Part shown: positions 1-12,100 of the stretch, in pieces | Layout: each line of letters starts with the position of its first letter | How positions within the stretch are numbered: the first letter of the stretch is position 1 | Source of the DNA: Zancudomyces culisetae HAW-14-8 | Lineage: Eukaryota; Fungi; Kickxellomycota | Reading direction: 5' to 3' | Length of the DNA: 64,000 bases | Assembly: GCA_052426225.1 (NCBI GenBank) | Contig: JBNJNM010000010.1 | Location: forward strand, 1,302,001 to 1,366,000 | Position numbers and translations under genes: made by a program | Notes under the pieces: generated by a model | Told to the model about the DNA's origin: nothing | The model's database searches: none | Seen by the model: only the letters and a program-made list of their open reading frames with translations

Positions 1-2
1 GG

Positions 3-893
3 CCAATTGCACCAATTTCTAAAAGTGGAAATCGTTATATTTTATCTGCAATTGATTATTTTACAAAATGGCCAATCGCGGTGCCAGTACCAAATTTATT
101 AAGCGAAACAATAATAAATTTTATAATTAACGATATTATTGCACCATATGGGGTACCTCAACAAATAATAAGTGATAGAGGTTCGAGTTTCATTTCAGAA
201 AGTACCACAAAAGTTTTTGAGTGGTTAGGATTGGACCATAGACCAACTACCGCTTATCGACCTCAAAGCAATGGTCAAGTAGAACGATTTAATAGGACGC
301 TAATGGAAATTTTAGTTAAACAATGCAAAAATGATAAAGAAAATTGGGATTCGTTTATTTGGAGAAGTTTACTGGTGGTAAGAACAATGAAAAATAAGTC
401 TACAAAATTTACACCATCAGAGCTATTATATGGTGTAAATGTAAGTTTGCCTAGTACTTGGGTGTATAATGGAGATATAGAAAATATACAAGATAACATA
501 CTTAGTAGGATAAAAAGTTTTAAAGTAAATTTACCGGAACTAAGAACACTAGCTTATAGAAATTCAGTAATTGCCAAAAAGGCAATGGAAATTAGGTATA
601 ATCGAGATGTCAAAATTTACAAATTCAAAATCGGTGATTACGTTTTGAAACGAGTCGAAATCGAAAAGTCAAAACTAGAAAGTTATTGGGAAGGGCCCTA
701 CCAAGTCGAAAGAGTGCTCGCTAAAGGCGCATATATCATTAACGATAATCATGGGAGTCGAGATTTGGTAAATGGCGATCTTCTAAAAATGTATAATGCA
801 AGTAACAACATGATCCCCGAGGTAACGACAAGACTTAAAACCACTCTTAAAAGGTTTAAACATCGAGAGCGTGATGTGGGAATCCACGCTTAA
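3..893 (+). CDS. Gypsy-type Pol polyprotein C-terminus: rve integrase core plus GPY/F (SH3-like) domain; 5'-partial
   Basis: The frame is open from the window edge (PIAPISKSGNRYILSAIDYFTKW). Motifs: YGVPQQIISDRG, TTAYRPQSNGQVERFNRTL, TPSELLYG, FKIGDYV...KLESYWEGPYQV. No chromodomain after GPY/F. Confidence 0.95.
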   Translation, partial: PIAPISKSGNRYILSAIDYFTKWPIAVPVPNLLSETIINFIINDIIAPYGVPQQIISDRGSSFISESTTKVFEWLGLDHRPTTAYRPQSNGQVERFNRTLMEILVKQCKNDKENWDSFIWRSLLVVRTMKNKSTKFTPSELLYGVNVSLPSTWVYNGDIENIQDNILSRIKSFKVNLPELRTLAYRNSVIAKKAMEIRYNRDVKIYKFKIGDYVLKRVEIEKSKLESYWEGPYQVERVLAKGAYIINDNHGSRDLVNGDLLKMYNASNNMIPEVTTRLKTTLKRFKHRERDVGIHA

Positions 894-902
894 AAGGGGG
901 GG
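892..902 (+). promoter_or_regulatory. Polypurine tract (plus-strand primer) of the retrotransposon
   Basis: AAAAGGGGGGG overlaps the integrase stop and lies 3 nt before the TG start of the LTR. Confidence 0.85.
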
Positions 903-905
903 TAC

Positions 906-1426
906 TGTTATATAGTGGCGTAGATCACCTCTAACCACGATATAATCGGCACTCCAATTAGGTTTGTTTATCTATATTATTTATATTATTAATATTGTAG
1001 GTCAAAATATATGATCTGCTAAGGTTTATAATTAGTTTATTTAACATTACAAGGTTCTAGTTTAGTTTTTTTGATCTTCGGGTTTTTTCTAGATTAGAAT
1101 TAATAACAAAAAAATAGGTTTAAATTATTATATAGTTTTATATTAGTTTATTAAGTATTAGTTAGTTTTTAAGTTATAAATACTTGAAGTTTTTCAGTAA
1201 GTCGAAAGATATCAATAAATTCAGTTTTGATCTATTTACTAGAAGTCTATAACTTATATATATTTTAAACTTGAATAAATATAGTTAAATACATATTTAG
1301 TTATCAAAGTAAATAACAGTTTTTAATTAAGCGAGGTTAAAGAACCAACTCGCTAACAAGACATGTCGTGCTAAGAATTTGCACTCAGTTTTTTGTTCGA
1401 TCTGAAGATATTTTTTATTTATAACA
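906..1426 (+). repeat. 3' LTR (~521 bp; right end uncertain)
   Basis: Starts TGTTATA at 906. The best inverted terminus is TATAACA at 1420-1426 (7 bp); weaker alternatives end at 1318 (ATAACA) and 1358 (TAACA). The 5' LTR is outside the window, so no direct-repeat check is possible. Confidence 0.6.
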
Positions 1427-1796
1427 AAATTTGACCTATTAAATACTTTTTCACCAATTATTGAATACTATGAAATTGCCTATATAAATATTATAATAAC
1501 TATTAGATTCTCAAAATGTCATAAAGTTGATTTAATGACATTTTGTTCTCCTATTGAGATTTGATATATTAATTAATTATTATGAATCATCGATAAAGGA
1601 TGATTCACTTATTAATAATTAATATATTCTTGGTTAAATGAAATTAATAAAGCTAGTAAAATGTTAATATAACTAAGATTAATTAATATAACTAAAATTA
1701 AAATGATATAAAATTAATATTTAAACTCGTTAGGATTCAGTAGGAAAAAAACCATATGGGAAAAAGCCTGGTGAATCCTGAATACGACAGACAACA

Positions 1797-1870
1797 GCTC
1801 TGTTAGCTCAGCTGGTTAGAGCGTGGTGCTAATAACGCCAAGGTCACAGGTTCGATCCCTGTACAGAGCA
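1797..1870 (+). tRNA. tRNA-Ile (AAT anticodon), intronless
   Basis: GCTCTGT/ACAGAGC acceptor stem, TAGCTCAGCTGG A-box, anticodon arm TGGTG-CTAATAA-CGCCA, GGTTCGATCCC B-box, then TTTT (1871-1874). Confidence 0.97.
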
Positions 1871-3611
1871 TTTTGATATTTCTAATTGTTATTACAAATC
1901 ACTTTTAAAATATAGTTTTTGATAAGATTTTAGTGTATTTCAATAATTGATGCCTATACTTGTTGTTTTTTTTAATTTGACTTTTGCATTATTATTGAGT
2001 TGACAGTGAATTATTGAAGTTACTGTTTTTTGGTAGTCAGATTCAATGATATATTTACAATTATTTATTTGATTTGCTATAAAATTAATTTTTTATGAAC
2101 GCCTAACTTATTTAATAAAATAAATTATAAAATTATAAAATGCTAAAATTATAAATATTTGATTCTTTACTTGGAGTAGTACATAATAATTATTTCTATA
2201 TCTATCTTGTTTTATTATTAAAGAGTCAAATATATCAGGTTGGGTGTACACCTACAATTATTAAATAATACTTTACTTCTAACTTTAATTTATTTTAGTT
2301 TGAAAGGTCAATCTTAATTTGTTCTAACTAGTTTATTTAAAATATTATGGAACTGTTATCGAGTTTTATACAATATCATTTTATTATTTATTTTAATAGA
2401 TAACTTTGTTTAATTAAAACCACATAAATGTAGCATTGTATATATATACCAACAAGTAAACTACTTTACACGAATTTTACTCACTTGAGTTGCTTTAAAT
2501 TTTATAATACAGTTGATTTCTAATAAAAAATTTAATAGCTATTATAGGGAAACTTGTTTTTTTCATTGCAGGTACGAATATTATGATGTATAGGGAAAAT
2601 ATGTATTGTTAATGGTGTGATTAAATCTTGATTCTTTACTAGAAAAGGTTTTAGTTCGTAACTTTAAAAAGTTTATTATACTATGTAATGAAATATAGTT
2701 TATGGCTAATAAATCTACTAAAGTTTATCAATATAAAGTTTCAACTCGAAATCTATATTTATTTCTTTTTTTTATATCAAAATATTCAAATTTGTTTATT
2801 CATATTAATCTACCTTTGAACTTTATTCAAATATGTCCTACTGAATTTGTGTATCCTAAAATATTCGTTTAAAATGTATAATCAATAAACTTATTATAAT
2901 ACACAATAATTGATTAATTAAAACAGTGAGTGCCTTTCTAGCTCAATTTCAATTTTTTTTAAATATTAAAATTAAATCTAAAGGTTCAACTAGATTAAAC
3001 TTATTCCATTAGATTGCATTGGTTTCTTTAATTATAATTTGCCATAGATGATGGTAAGTCTTAAAAAGTAAATGAACTGAAACATCGATAGAAGATGGAA
3101 TTAGTGCATCCATAACTAGTATTTTTTGTTGGCTTGTACTTATGATTTATATAAACCATCAACTGTCCCCGCCCCCCGCCCCCTGAGTAAAATCTCTATA
3201 CTTTAATCATACCTTGGTTGTTTTAATAACGAAGACGGCTTTTTTCTCTGTATGTTCCATGTTTATAGGTACATTTATCTACATTCGTTTCTCGGTATTT
3301 ATAGATACAGTTAATTCACAACCATATCATTTATTTTTTCTTCGACTCTGTTTATGGCATCTTATACTTTAATTATAGTGTTTGGTTTAAAATTATTGAA
3401 TTTCCATGAATATTATATTATATAGTCTTTTGGCTATCGATCCTGTTATAATACAATTTTGCCTTATATCATTACCAAGGTGGTTTATTTTTGTTTTTAT
3501 GTTTTTTACTTAAAAATTTACGCTATAAAAAAAGTAAAACAGTACAAAAAAAATAAAAATAAACAAAAGACCTAAGGCTAAAAAAAAAAAAAACTGCGAG
3601 TAATGTTAAGC

Positions 3612-6104
3612 TTATTCCATGTCAAAAATATCAAGAGAATCGACGGAAGAGTTAGAGTTCAGAGAAACAAGCTTCATTGCAAACAAATCATCAGCAGGAT
3701 GTAGAATGCGGGTGTCCTTTATTGGAGATTGTTTGGATAAATTAGAAGGCAGGTTTCGAAGTGAATGGTCATTCGGGATGTTCATAGCTAAATTAAGCGT
3801 GTTGGGCAAATTTTCAACCAATGAATCAGTGCTACTATTGACAGTAGAAGCAGCTATGGTGGAGAGTTGAAGTTTTGTAGAGTAAGAGCCATTAGAGTGC
3901 AGGTTGTTTGTAGGGAACAAAGAACCATTGGAGGCACGGTGTTTTGAGCTGGAGCCCAGGAACGAAGCAGTGGAGCTGGAACCGTAGCTTCTAGAGGCAG
4001 AAGCCTCACGAATTCTTGCAAAGCCAACTACACCACCCATAAGATTGACGCCGCCGCCTACACTAGAAGCCAGGGACTTCAAGGCAACATCAGAGTGAGC
4101 GTGAGCGTTGATGAAAGGTCTGGGTTGAGGAGCAGCTGAAGAGTTGATTGGAATGCCAGAGCTAAAGGAAGTGGGTTTGAGAGTAGAGTCACAGTCGTTG
4201 GAGAAGGAATCAGGGGGTGAAGTGGTAGAGATGTTCTTATGAGATGAAAGGATGGCAGCAGGCTTGTTAGATCGACCAGTCTCGGCAAGGAGGGCAGGAG
4301 GTCTTGGCACAGGCATGATTTTGCTGTGAACGTGAGCAGGAACAGAGGAGGACAAGGCAGAGACGGGGGGAGAGTTCGATTTGATGATTGGGTTTTGTGG
4401 GAAGCCAAATGATGAGGTGCCAGAACGGCTGGAAGGGTTGATCTGAATGGATCTTGAGTGAGCATGAGAAGAAGCAGCAACAGGAACAGGAAATCCAGAA
4501 TAGAGATTTGAGTGGGGGGAGGAGGAGTACTTTTTGGGAGAAATGATGTGGATTTCGACAGGATGGCCTCGTTCGGGCTCAGGTAGTCTCTGATGTTTCT
4601 TGTGTTTGTGGCCATTGTGTTTTTTATGGCTTCCAAAAACCTTCCAAGAGTTTGAAACAGCAGGTTTTCTTGAAGATGGATTCATTGATGCTCGAAGATC
4701 AGCTATCCATAGCTTGAAGTCAAGAACGCTGCTACGGTTTCGTTCGGGACAGAAGATGTTGTTTGACAGGTAGTCTGCTATTTTTCTGGGAATTTTTGGG
4801 TAGCGAATCTGCAAATACCGAGATCCGTCGCGCAGAAAATCGCAAAACTTAAAGCATGAATCAACACAAGGATCTTGCCATGGTGAGTCTGCAAACAACA
4901 AATTCAAAAACAACACACCCAAGGCCCACACATCACTAAGTCTTGGCGAATACTCCTGGTTGGGTCCATAAACTGTGTCGTCATCCGCGTTCAGTCCTCC
5001 GTTTCTATTTTCGTAGCTCATATACGACCGACTACCACATTCAAAATTGACCGAGGTTCTCAAAGTTGTAGCTAGCCCAAAATCAGTCAACTTAAGGTCT
5101 CCATTGGTATCCATTATAAAGTTCTCTGGCTTGAGGTCGCGATGATATATTCCATGACTGTGTAGATAACTCACCGATTCAAGCATCTGTTCAAATAATC
5201 TCAATGCTTCGGAAAAGTGGTATTCATCTCTATCTGCCAATCCAAAGTTGGGGTGTTGTGTAATATAGTCGTAAAGATCTGGTCCCGTAACTCGTTCCAT
5301 CAAAAAGAACAACCAGTCCCTGTACTTAAAACTGGAATACAATGTAACGATTCCTCGATGTCCCGAAACCTGCTTCTGCAATCGCACCTCATTGTCCTGC
5401 ATGTGTTTCTGTTTCTCCGTCAAATCTTTGCACGACAAACACTTCAATGCATACACTTTACCTCCTGCTCCTACTCCCTCTTCACGCACCAAGTACACAA
5501 CCGCGTACGTACCCTCACCCAATACATTTAGCAACTTATACTGTGTACCTGTTTCTGGATTCACAACAATTTCTCCCACTGCAAATGGAAGCGTTTCCTT
5601 GTTCACATATCCTGGAATCTGGAATATCTCTTCATTATCCAATTCCATCCTCCCTTCCTCCTCGTTTCTATCGCGTCTGTCTCTCCAGTTCTTTTCGATC
5701 CCTCTGCCCGCTCCTCCTTCTTTACCTTGCCAAAATCCTTGCGGCATCCAGCTTTTTGGACCGGCTCTGTTTCTGTGCTTCTTTGGCTTCTGCCCAAATA
5801 CTCCTATCACGCTGTCTTGAAGCTGGACAACACTTGTGTTCTTTGACTGATAAAAATTCCCTGTTCCACCTGACACCTTCCTATCGGGCTTCGTCTCGTT
5901 GTATCCCTTATTCTCTGCCCTTAGAAAATAATCTCTCGGCTTCTCTTCCCCTCTGTTACCAACGAATCCTACATCTTTACCTACCCTTACTCCTATTTTG
6001 CCGTCTTGGTTCATGTTGATTCCGGTTTTACACATGTTTCTGTGTCCCACTTTCTGACTGGATCCGTTTTCAACTTCCAAGTATCCTGTTTGATATGCCA
6101 ACAT
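3612..6104 (-). CDS. Ran1/Pat1 (Sks1/Vhs1/Ksp1)-family Ser/Thr kinase, 830 aa, intronless
   Basis: LGEGTYAVV, YALKCL, YHRDLKPEN, DFGLAT...ECGSRSYMSYE and DVWALGVLFLNLLFADSPW match the Ran1 family pattern (CGSxxYMSPE, LxNL...NPW). Long Ser/Pro-rich C-tail. Start codon uncertain. Confidence 0.85.
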   Translation of the reverse strand: MLAYQTGYLEVENGSSQKVGHRNMCKTGINMNQDGKIGVRVGKDVGFVGNRGEEKPRDYFLRAENKGYNETKPDRKVSGGTGNFYQSKNTSVVQLQDSVIGVFGQKPKKHRNRAGPKSWMPQGFWQGKEGGAGRGIEKNWRDRRDRNEEEGRMELDNEEIFQIPGYVNKETLPFAVGEIVVNPETGTQYKLLNVLGEGTYAVVYLVREEGVGAGGKVYALKCLSCKDLTEKQKHMQDNEVRLQKQVSGHRGIVTLYSSFKYRDWLFFLMERVTGPDLYDYITQHPNFGLADRDEYHFSEALRLFEQMLESVSYLHSHGIYHRDLKPENFIMDTNGDLKLTDFGLATTLRTSVNFECGSRSYMSYENRNGGLNADDDTVYGPNQEYSPRLSDVWALGVLFLNLLFADSPWQDPCVDSCFKFCDFLRDGSRYLQIRYPKIPRKIADYLSNNIFCPERNRSSVLDFKLWIADLRASMNPSSRKPAVSNSWKVFGSHKKHNGHKHKKHQRLPEPERGHPVEIHIISPKKYSSSPHSNLYSGFPVPVAASSHAHSRSIQINPSSRSGTSSFGFPQNPIIKSNSPPVSALSSSVPAHVHSKIMPVPRPPALLAETGRSNKPAAILSSHKNISTTSPPDSFSNDCDSTLKPTSFSSGIPINSSAAPQPRPFINAHAHSDVALKSLASSVGGGVNLMGGVVGFARIREASASRSYGSSSTASFLGSSSKHRASNGSLFPTNNLHSNGSYSTKLQLSTIAASTVNSSTDSLVENLPNTLNLAMNIPNDHSLRNLPSNLSKQSPIKDTRILHPADDLFAMKLVSLNSNSSVDSLDIFDME

Positions 6105-9100
6105 GTTTTTTCTTTATCTGTCTGGACTATACCTTTTTTTTTGGCTTTTCAAACAAAATTTATCTTCTATCTTTTTTTCTTCTTTCTGGTACTTTAAACT
6201 GTGTTTGCAAATACCAAGATGATAACACCACAATAAGATTTAAGTACTATTCTGGCGTTCAAGAAATATTTTCTACCAAACTTGTACACTTCAGTTCTTT
6301 TATAATTGCTCTACCAAGATTGTCGGTTAGTAATACAATATAATATTCTCTTGTTCAAGCACTAGTTCTACAGCTACAGTGTTGAAGTTCACCTGATTAA
6401 ATAAAATTAGGATTCTAGTTGTGTCCTAATCCTCAAAAATACAATACTATGCTTTTCGGCACGTCAAATCGTTATTGATGATTACTATCTCTTAATAATA
6501 CAATTCCTCTGTTTTACAAAAAGTTATCTCTCCTTGATTCCGTTTGTATTGCCTTTTCTCAATTATATAGTACGTTTGCGTATTTTTATATCTTTGTATA
6601 CTAACTTTCTTGCTCTTTCTAGCCGCGTGCAAATTGATTATCTGGTTTTTTTTTCTTGTTTTTCTTTTTTTAGATTTTTTTTTAAATAAGGTAAATGTTT
6701 TTTTTCCTAAATTATCTTGTTTGATTTATATTTTTTTAGTTTTTTTTGTTTGTTGTATTGTTTTCTATTCTAATTACTTTAACGCTTGTACTAGTAATTG
6801 CACCTTCTTATCACTTCAAAAGTTTTTCTGGGGAGATCTAAACCGGTTCTGTTTTAACATATAAATACTCTTTCCCTTTCTTTTGGCTTTCTTTCCGAAA
6901 TTCAAAAAAAATTTGTTATACTATATATTTTATTTATTGCTCTTTGATTGACAAACTGCGTGTTGTAAAGGCGTAGTTGACAAAGCTTTTTTTTTGCTGT
7001 TACTCATCTAGGTTGATACGCACATTGCTGGTTCATATAAAATTTAGTACGTGTAAGTTAATTCGTTAGCTTTGAATCTCAGTTATCTGAAATGCTTACA
7101 CTTTAGTTTCTTGAGCATTGGGTTGAGAAAAAAACCAATATTCCAGAGTTATTTAATCTTTTCAAAATTAGTACATCTTAATAATACGCTGTTGCTACAA
7201 TGTTGGGTTAAAAGTCTGCTTATCGCTTGTTAAATGTTGAGTATAATAATATTTCACTCCTTTATGGGTTTTTACCTATATATATTTATATATATATATG
7301 TATATGCTGCCTGAATATATTCTTCAAGAATCCGCAGCAATAGCTGTTCTATTTATATTGTTGCTTATAACCTGACTATCTTTCCCTGTTTCTCAAGTTT
7401 CGATGCAGTTGAATTTTCCTATCAAAGCAGCCCTTAGTACCTCGCTTTTTCTTTGTTGTTCCTAAAACAAGCTGTTGCCTATCAGCACGGTAAAGTACTA
7501 ATGAGTCGCTCTTTATTCAAAATATAAAACAAACTTATTTAGCCTATGCTTTCCTCGCAAGAATGATCAGTTCAAAAAATTCAAAAATCTAAAACTGTTA
7601 CAAAGATTTATTTCAAACGTCTAATTCTTTTGTTTTTATAAAGATTCTGTAGAAAAATAATGCTTAAATTTTTTTCAAGGACGTTTAATGGCTCAATTTT
7701 TTGGTTTCGCTAAATTCCTCATTATTGCTTTTTTTAGTTTATTTTTCTCTATTTCTGTTTTATTTTGTTAATGACAGAATAATGCCAATTGCCTTTTTAC
7801 CGTAATAAACGTTGAAACAAATAAAATAAGCCTCGCTGCTCATTCGTTGCAATAGGGATTTTTGTTCCCTATCTCATTACAATTTCAATTTACATAACTA
7901 TTAATAAAACCGCCAGCCAATCATTTTGCTCAGAGGTCATTTCCCAATTTTCTTTTCCAATTCCGCTAATAAGTTTCTAGCTTTCTTTTTTTCGTTTAAT
8001 TGTTGGCACCAATTTTAATTAATGCATGTTCAATTAAGATGCAAATGCTTTTCTTAATGCCCTATTTTGGTTTTACATGAAAATCACAAAAATGAACACA
8101 ATGTAAACGGCACATTGCAAACGTTATTTTTGTCTTTTCTTACGGAAACTCAGTCGCAATTGTCATGCTTTTTATTAGCTAATACCCAGTCGAAATTAAC
8201 TTTAATGCTTATATAATCGTTCAAGTTTTGTGCATTTCTATTTTCTTGGTATTTTACAACTACAACGATAACACCATTTCAATTTTTCTTGGTAGCAACT
8301 GACGTTCTGTCACCCACTTACCGACCCATTCACTATCTCCCCCTCCTTCATTGCAACGATTTTTTTTGGGTTCTATTATTTTTTTTTGAGTAATGAACCA
8401 AGTCAGTCGCTTTGTAAACTTGTGACTCTGCCTCCCCTCCCCCTCACCTCACCTCACCTCCCCTTCCTCCTTCTCTATATGTTTCTTTTTAGAACATTCA
8501 TTTTTCTACGTTTTATGTTGCAAACTCAGAATGGTGTTACTGCTGGACTCTAGACAGCTGGTTTCGGCCTCCTAGAACACAACTACATTTCCCCTATCCT
8601 ATTACACACATTTTACTTCTCCACTCATGTTTATATTTTTGTGCAACCAAAAGTGCCTTTTTCTATCTGGATTAACAATATAGTGGGACATTTATCTGAT
8701 ACGCTCAGTTTCAATGCCCAGTGTTCTAGTCGTTGCCATTGCCAAATAAATTCTGCCCCCTTCATCAAGTTTCCAAAATATTTTGACGAGTGACTCATAT
8801 CCAAATATTTATGTTTTGTTTTGCAATCAACTCACCCCCACCCCCTCCCACCCACTCCCACCATCCACCTCACACTCCCTATTTTTCCAGTCGCTTTGTG
8901 GAGATTTTTATTATACACCGATTACCCCTTGTTTTTTTTATAGCTATACACATATCAACCAACTAGAACGCGTTCGCCCCTATTTTGCTAGTTTTGTTGA
9001 TCTGTTGAATTCTATATAGTTCTCATCAGCAAAAGCTCCGTATATTTTTTTTTATTGATTCTAGCAGTTCTAACAACAATAAATCTAGCTATTGTGAAAA

Positions 9101-12100
9101 AAATACATGCATTCTTTCACTTTCTCATTCCCCTTAAGGATTTACCAGATATAGTTATTGGGCTTGTTTTACAATTAAATCATATGACATCCCATCAGCT
9201 AGTCTTTTTTTTTTGCTTGTTTGGTGTAGAATGCTTGTAAAGTAAATGTGCAAGCGAACAAACTGGTAGTGTTAACATAAAGTCAAAACCTTTGCTCCAG
9301 CCATACATAGGTATTTTCCCTCTTTACATAATCTCAAGGAAATCTTTTCTTTACCAGTGTGAGTATATGCAATAAACTAGATTTTGTTGCGAAAAATGGC
9401 CAGCATTTTTCTCTCTGCTCCTAATCTATTAATCTCATTTTTCAATCGCTCATTTCTCAACATGTTTATCCTTTACCCAGATTTTTACCCAATGTTATAC
9501 TAAAGCAGATAATACACATTGTCATGGATATTGAATTGATGTTAATGCAGAATATTCGCATTCTCGACTAGAAAAACACCTACTCTTTATTTGATCAGTA
9601 TTAATATCGTCCTTTCAAAGATGTGACTCTAGCTGTATTATTTTTTTTGGAACTTTTCACCACTCCAGAAATAAAAGACCTGTTTGTACTTGTTGCGATG
9701 TCAGGTTTCATCCGGCTTTTTTTTTAATTTGTCCGTCTGATATTTTTCAGTACCACTCTTCTCGCCTTCATAAACGTGGTTGTTGGTTTATAGTTAATGA
9801 CCAATGTACAAACATACCACCTCTTTAATGATAATAAAATGGTCAGAAAACATAGGAATTCCTTGTTTCTGTAAATGCGTCCGTTTAACCCAACATGCAG
9901 TCTTGTTCGTATTCTCACGTCAACTCAAATGATTTGTTTTTCCAACTGCCGATATTCCCACTCAGACTAACTATCCTGGTTTGCATCGTAAGACCTTTTT
10001 TTTTAAGGCCATGTTTTTAAATCATGTTACGGTTGCTTTTAAAAACATCCATATCGGCTCAGCCACAGGATCACCAATACACATTTCACGTTTTTTCTCT
10101 AATTTTACGTTTTTTTCTATCTCTGACTAAACTCACTTGATAAGAGCTTTTTTACAAAGTTGCCTACCTCATAAGCCCCAAAAGTGAATGGTGATAACCC
10201 AAAACTTTGACCTTTTTTTTTAAATGGAAGATTGGTATTAAAAAAAATCACGTTATATTCGAAAGGATGTGCGCAATATCTGCATTCCTTTTTCCACCTG
10301 TAACGAAGCACCTAAAAACGCACAGTTAGTAATAAAAATGTGCTACATACCCAATATCACACTTGTTTATTCTTTCTTCACTCAATTCCCGAGGGTTTCA
10401 CCCCCCACCCCCTATTTTTCGACTACAAATCTCGTTTTTTCTACATAAATCACTCTATTTGAAAGTGCATTACTTTAATATGACGAAATATACCCCCACC
10501 TCTCCAAAAAGTGATCTCATAGTAACACTCCGAAACAACTTTGTTAACTAACTACATGAAATTCATTATGTCTAACACTAGCTATGCTGGCAACCCTCTG
10601 ATAAACCTTACTAACAAAAAGGGCCCTTCGCACAAAGCATGACCATTCATAAGGAAATTTATCGACATTTACGCAATTTTTGCCTAAAAAATAATGTCTT
10701 GTGGGACTAGAGCCCTTCCAATGGGTCTGCTAGTGCCAACTCTTTTCCTGTTTTTCTCACTATTCTAGAAGTTCAAGACCCTCCAAAAAATCAACTTTAC
10801 GCAAATGTGATAACATTAACACACAACTACGCGGATTTTATTTTATAATTAGACAGCTCATTCCTCACAGTGCTATCATTTTGTGTTCAAAGATAGAGAT
10901 GAACACGATTTGTTTCAGCTCATACTAGTAATATTAAATTCTGGTTGTGTTGCACAGATACATCTCGGTTTTTTCTCCATTTTTGCTTTTCCTATCTATA
11001 AATAATGCACAAATTACGTAAGACCAACACGCCTATTTTTGTGACTATTTTGAACATGAAGATTCAAAAATCGTCTGATCCACAAGAAAAAAAGAACAAT
11101 AAACCTCTGTGAAAGTGTAGATAGCTATTCCCTTTGCTGGAATATGGATTTGGGATACATGCTACTTTGATTTGAATGCTTCTTAAGATCCTTATTCAGA
11201 TGAACCCTCCAACTGCTCTTTTTGAATTCTAAAAACAGCTTTGAATGTATGTATTTTATAATCATGATCAGAATAGCAACAATTTCAATAAAGCTTCCAA
11301 ACTCGTGCTGCTATGACCTTTCCCCCATCCTTTACTAAAAAGAACTTGTCAGTTCATAATTCCCACTCGTAACATAATTCCATATACGTTTATAAAGAAT
11401 GCATGTAATCTACCATACTGCGCAGATTTCTCTTTTTTTAAAGCACGTTTCTACCCATTTGGCAATTGCCCTATGCTGATTTCAACATCAAATTTTAGAC
11501 CATTCTACGAGATTGTATCCTTGTTCTTTTTCTAAAGTTTTTAACGTTTAAAAACAGACATGTAGGGTGGTAATTAAAGCGTGTATGTATGTAAATATGT
11601 AAGCATGATATTCCTAGGTAAATACTAGGTGTCCAGCTATATCACTACATCTGCATTCTCCCTGGATACATTAAGACTTACAAAGCTTATTTTTAAGGAA
11701 TTTACGACTTGAGTAGATTTTAAAGTATATTGAACTGAATAGTAGCTCCAAAATAAATATAAGCATACAGATTAATATTTGGTGTGGCATATATATTCAC
11801 AGAATGAGTGGAAAAAAGAAAAAGGGTAGGTATATCAGTAACAACAGGCTTTACTATTTCATTTTCAATTGCGCTACTCTTATATTGGACAGCACTGGAT
11901 TCTAGAAACCACAGTAAAAGGAAACTTTGTGGACCCACACGGTATTAAATAATGATGTTTTTTTTTCTCGCTACATTATTCAGTGCTATCAACAAGCTCA
12001 CAGGGGAAATGAAAAGTATGAAAATATTGCTAGGTGGTTGAAATAGTTGACTTGACACTTACTCGTAGATACTTTTTTTTCAAGAAAATATTCACATACA

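Larger units (their letters stand above)
1..1426 (+). mobile_element. 3' end of a Ty3/gypsy LTR retrotransposon (integrase, PPT, 3' LTR); truncated by the window edge
   Basis: Integrase is the last pol domain. It is followed by a polypurine tract AAAAGGGGGGG (892-902), a 3-nt spacer and a TGTTATA... LTR start at 906. Confidence 0.9.

Noticed and set aside
2720-3113. Possible micro-exon gene on the minus strand (MDALIPSSID...IHKFSRTYLNKVQRFRVETLY), plus a TAG-ATGATG-GTAAGT micro-exon-like signal on the plus strand near 3046-3059
   Set aside because: It needs atypical donors and acceptors, and the exon phases could not be joined into one open frame.
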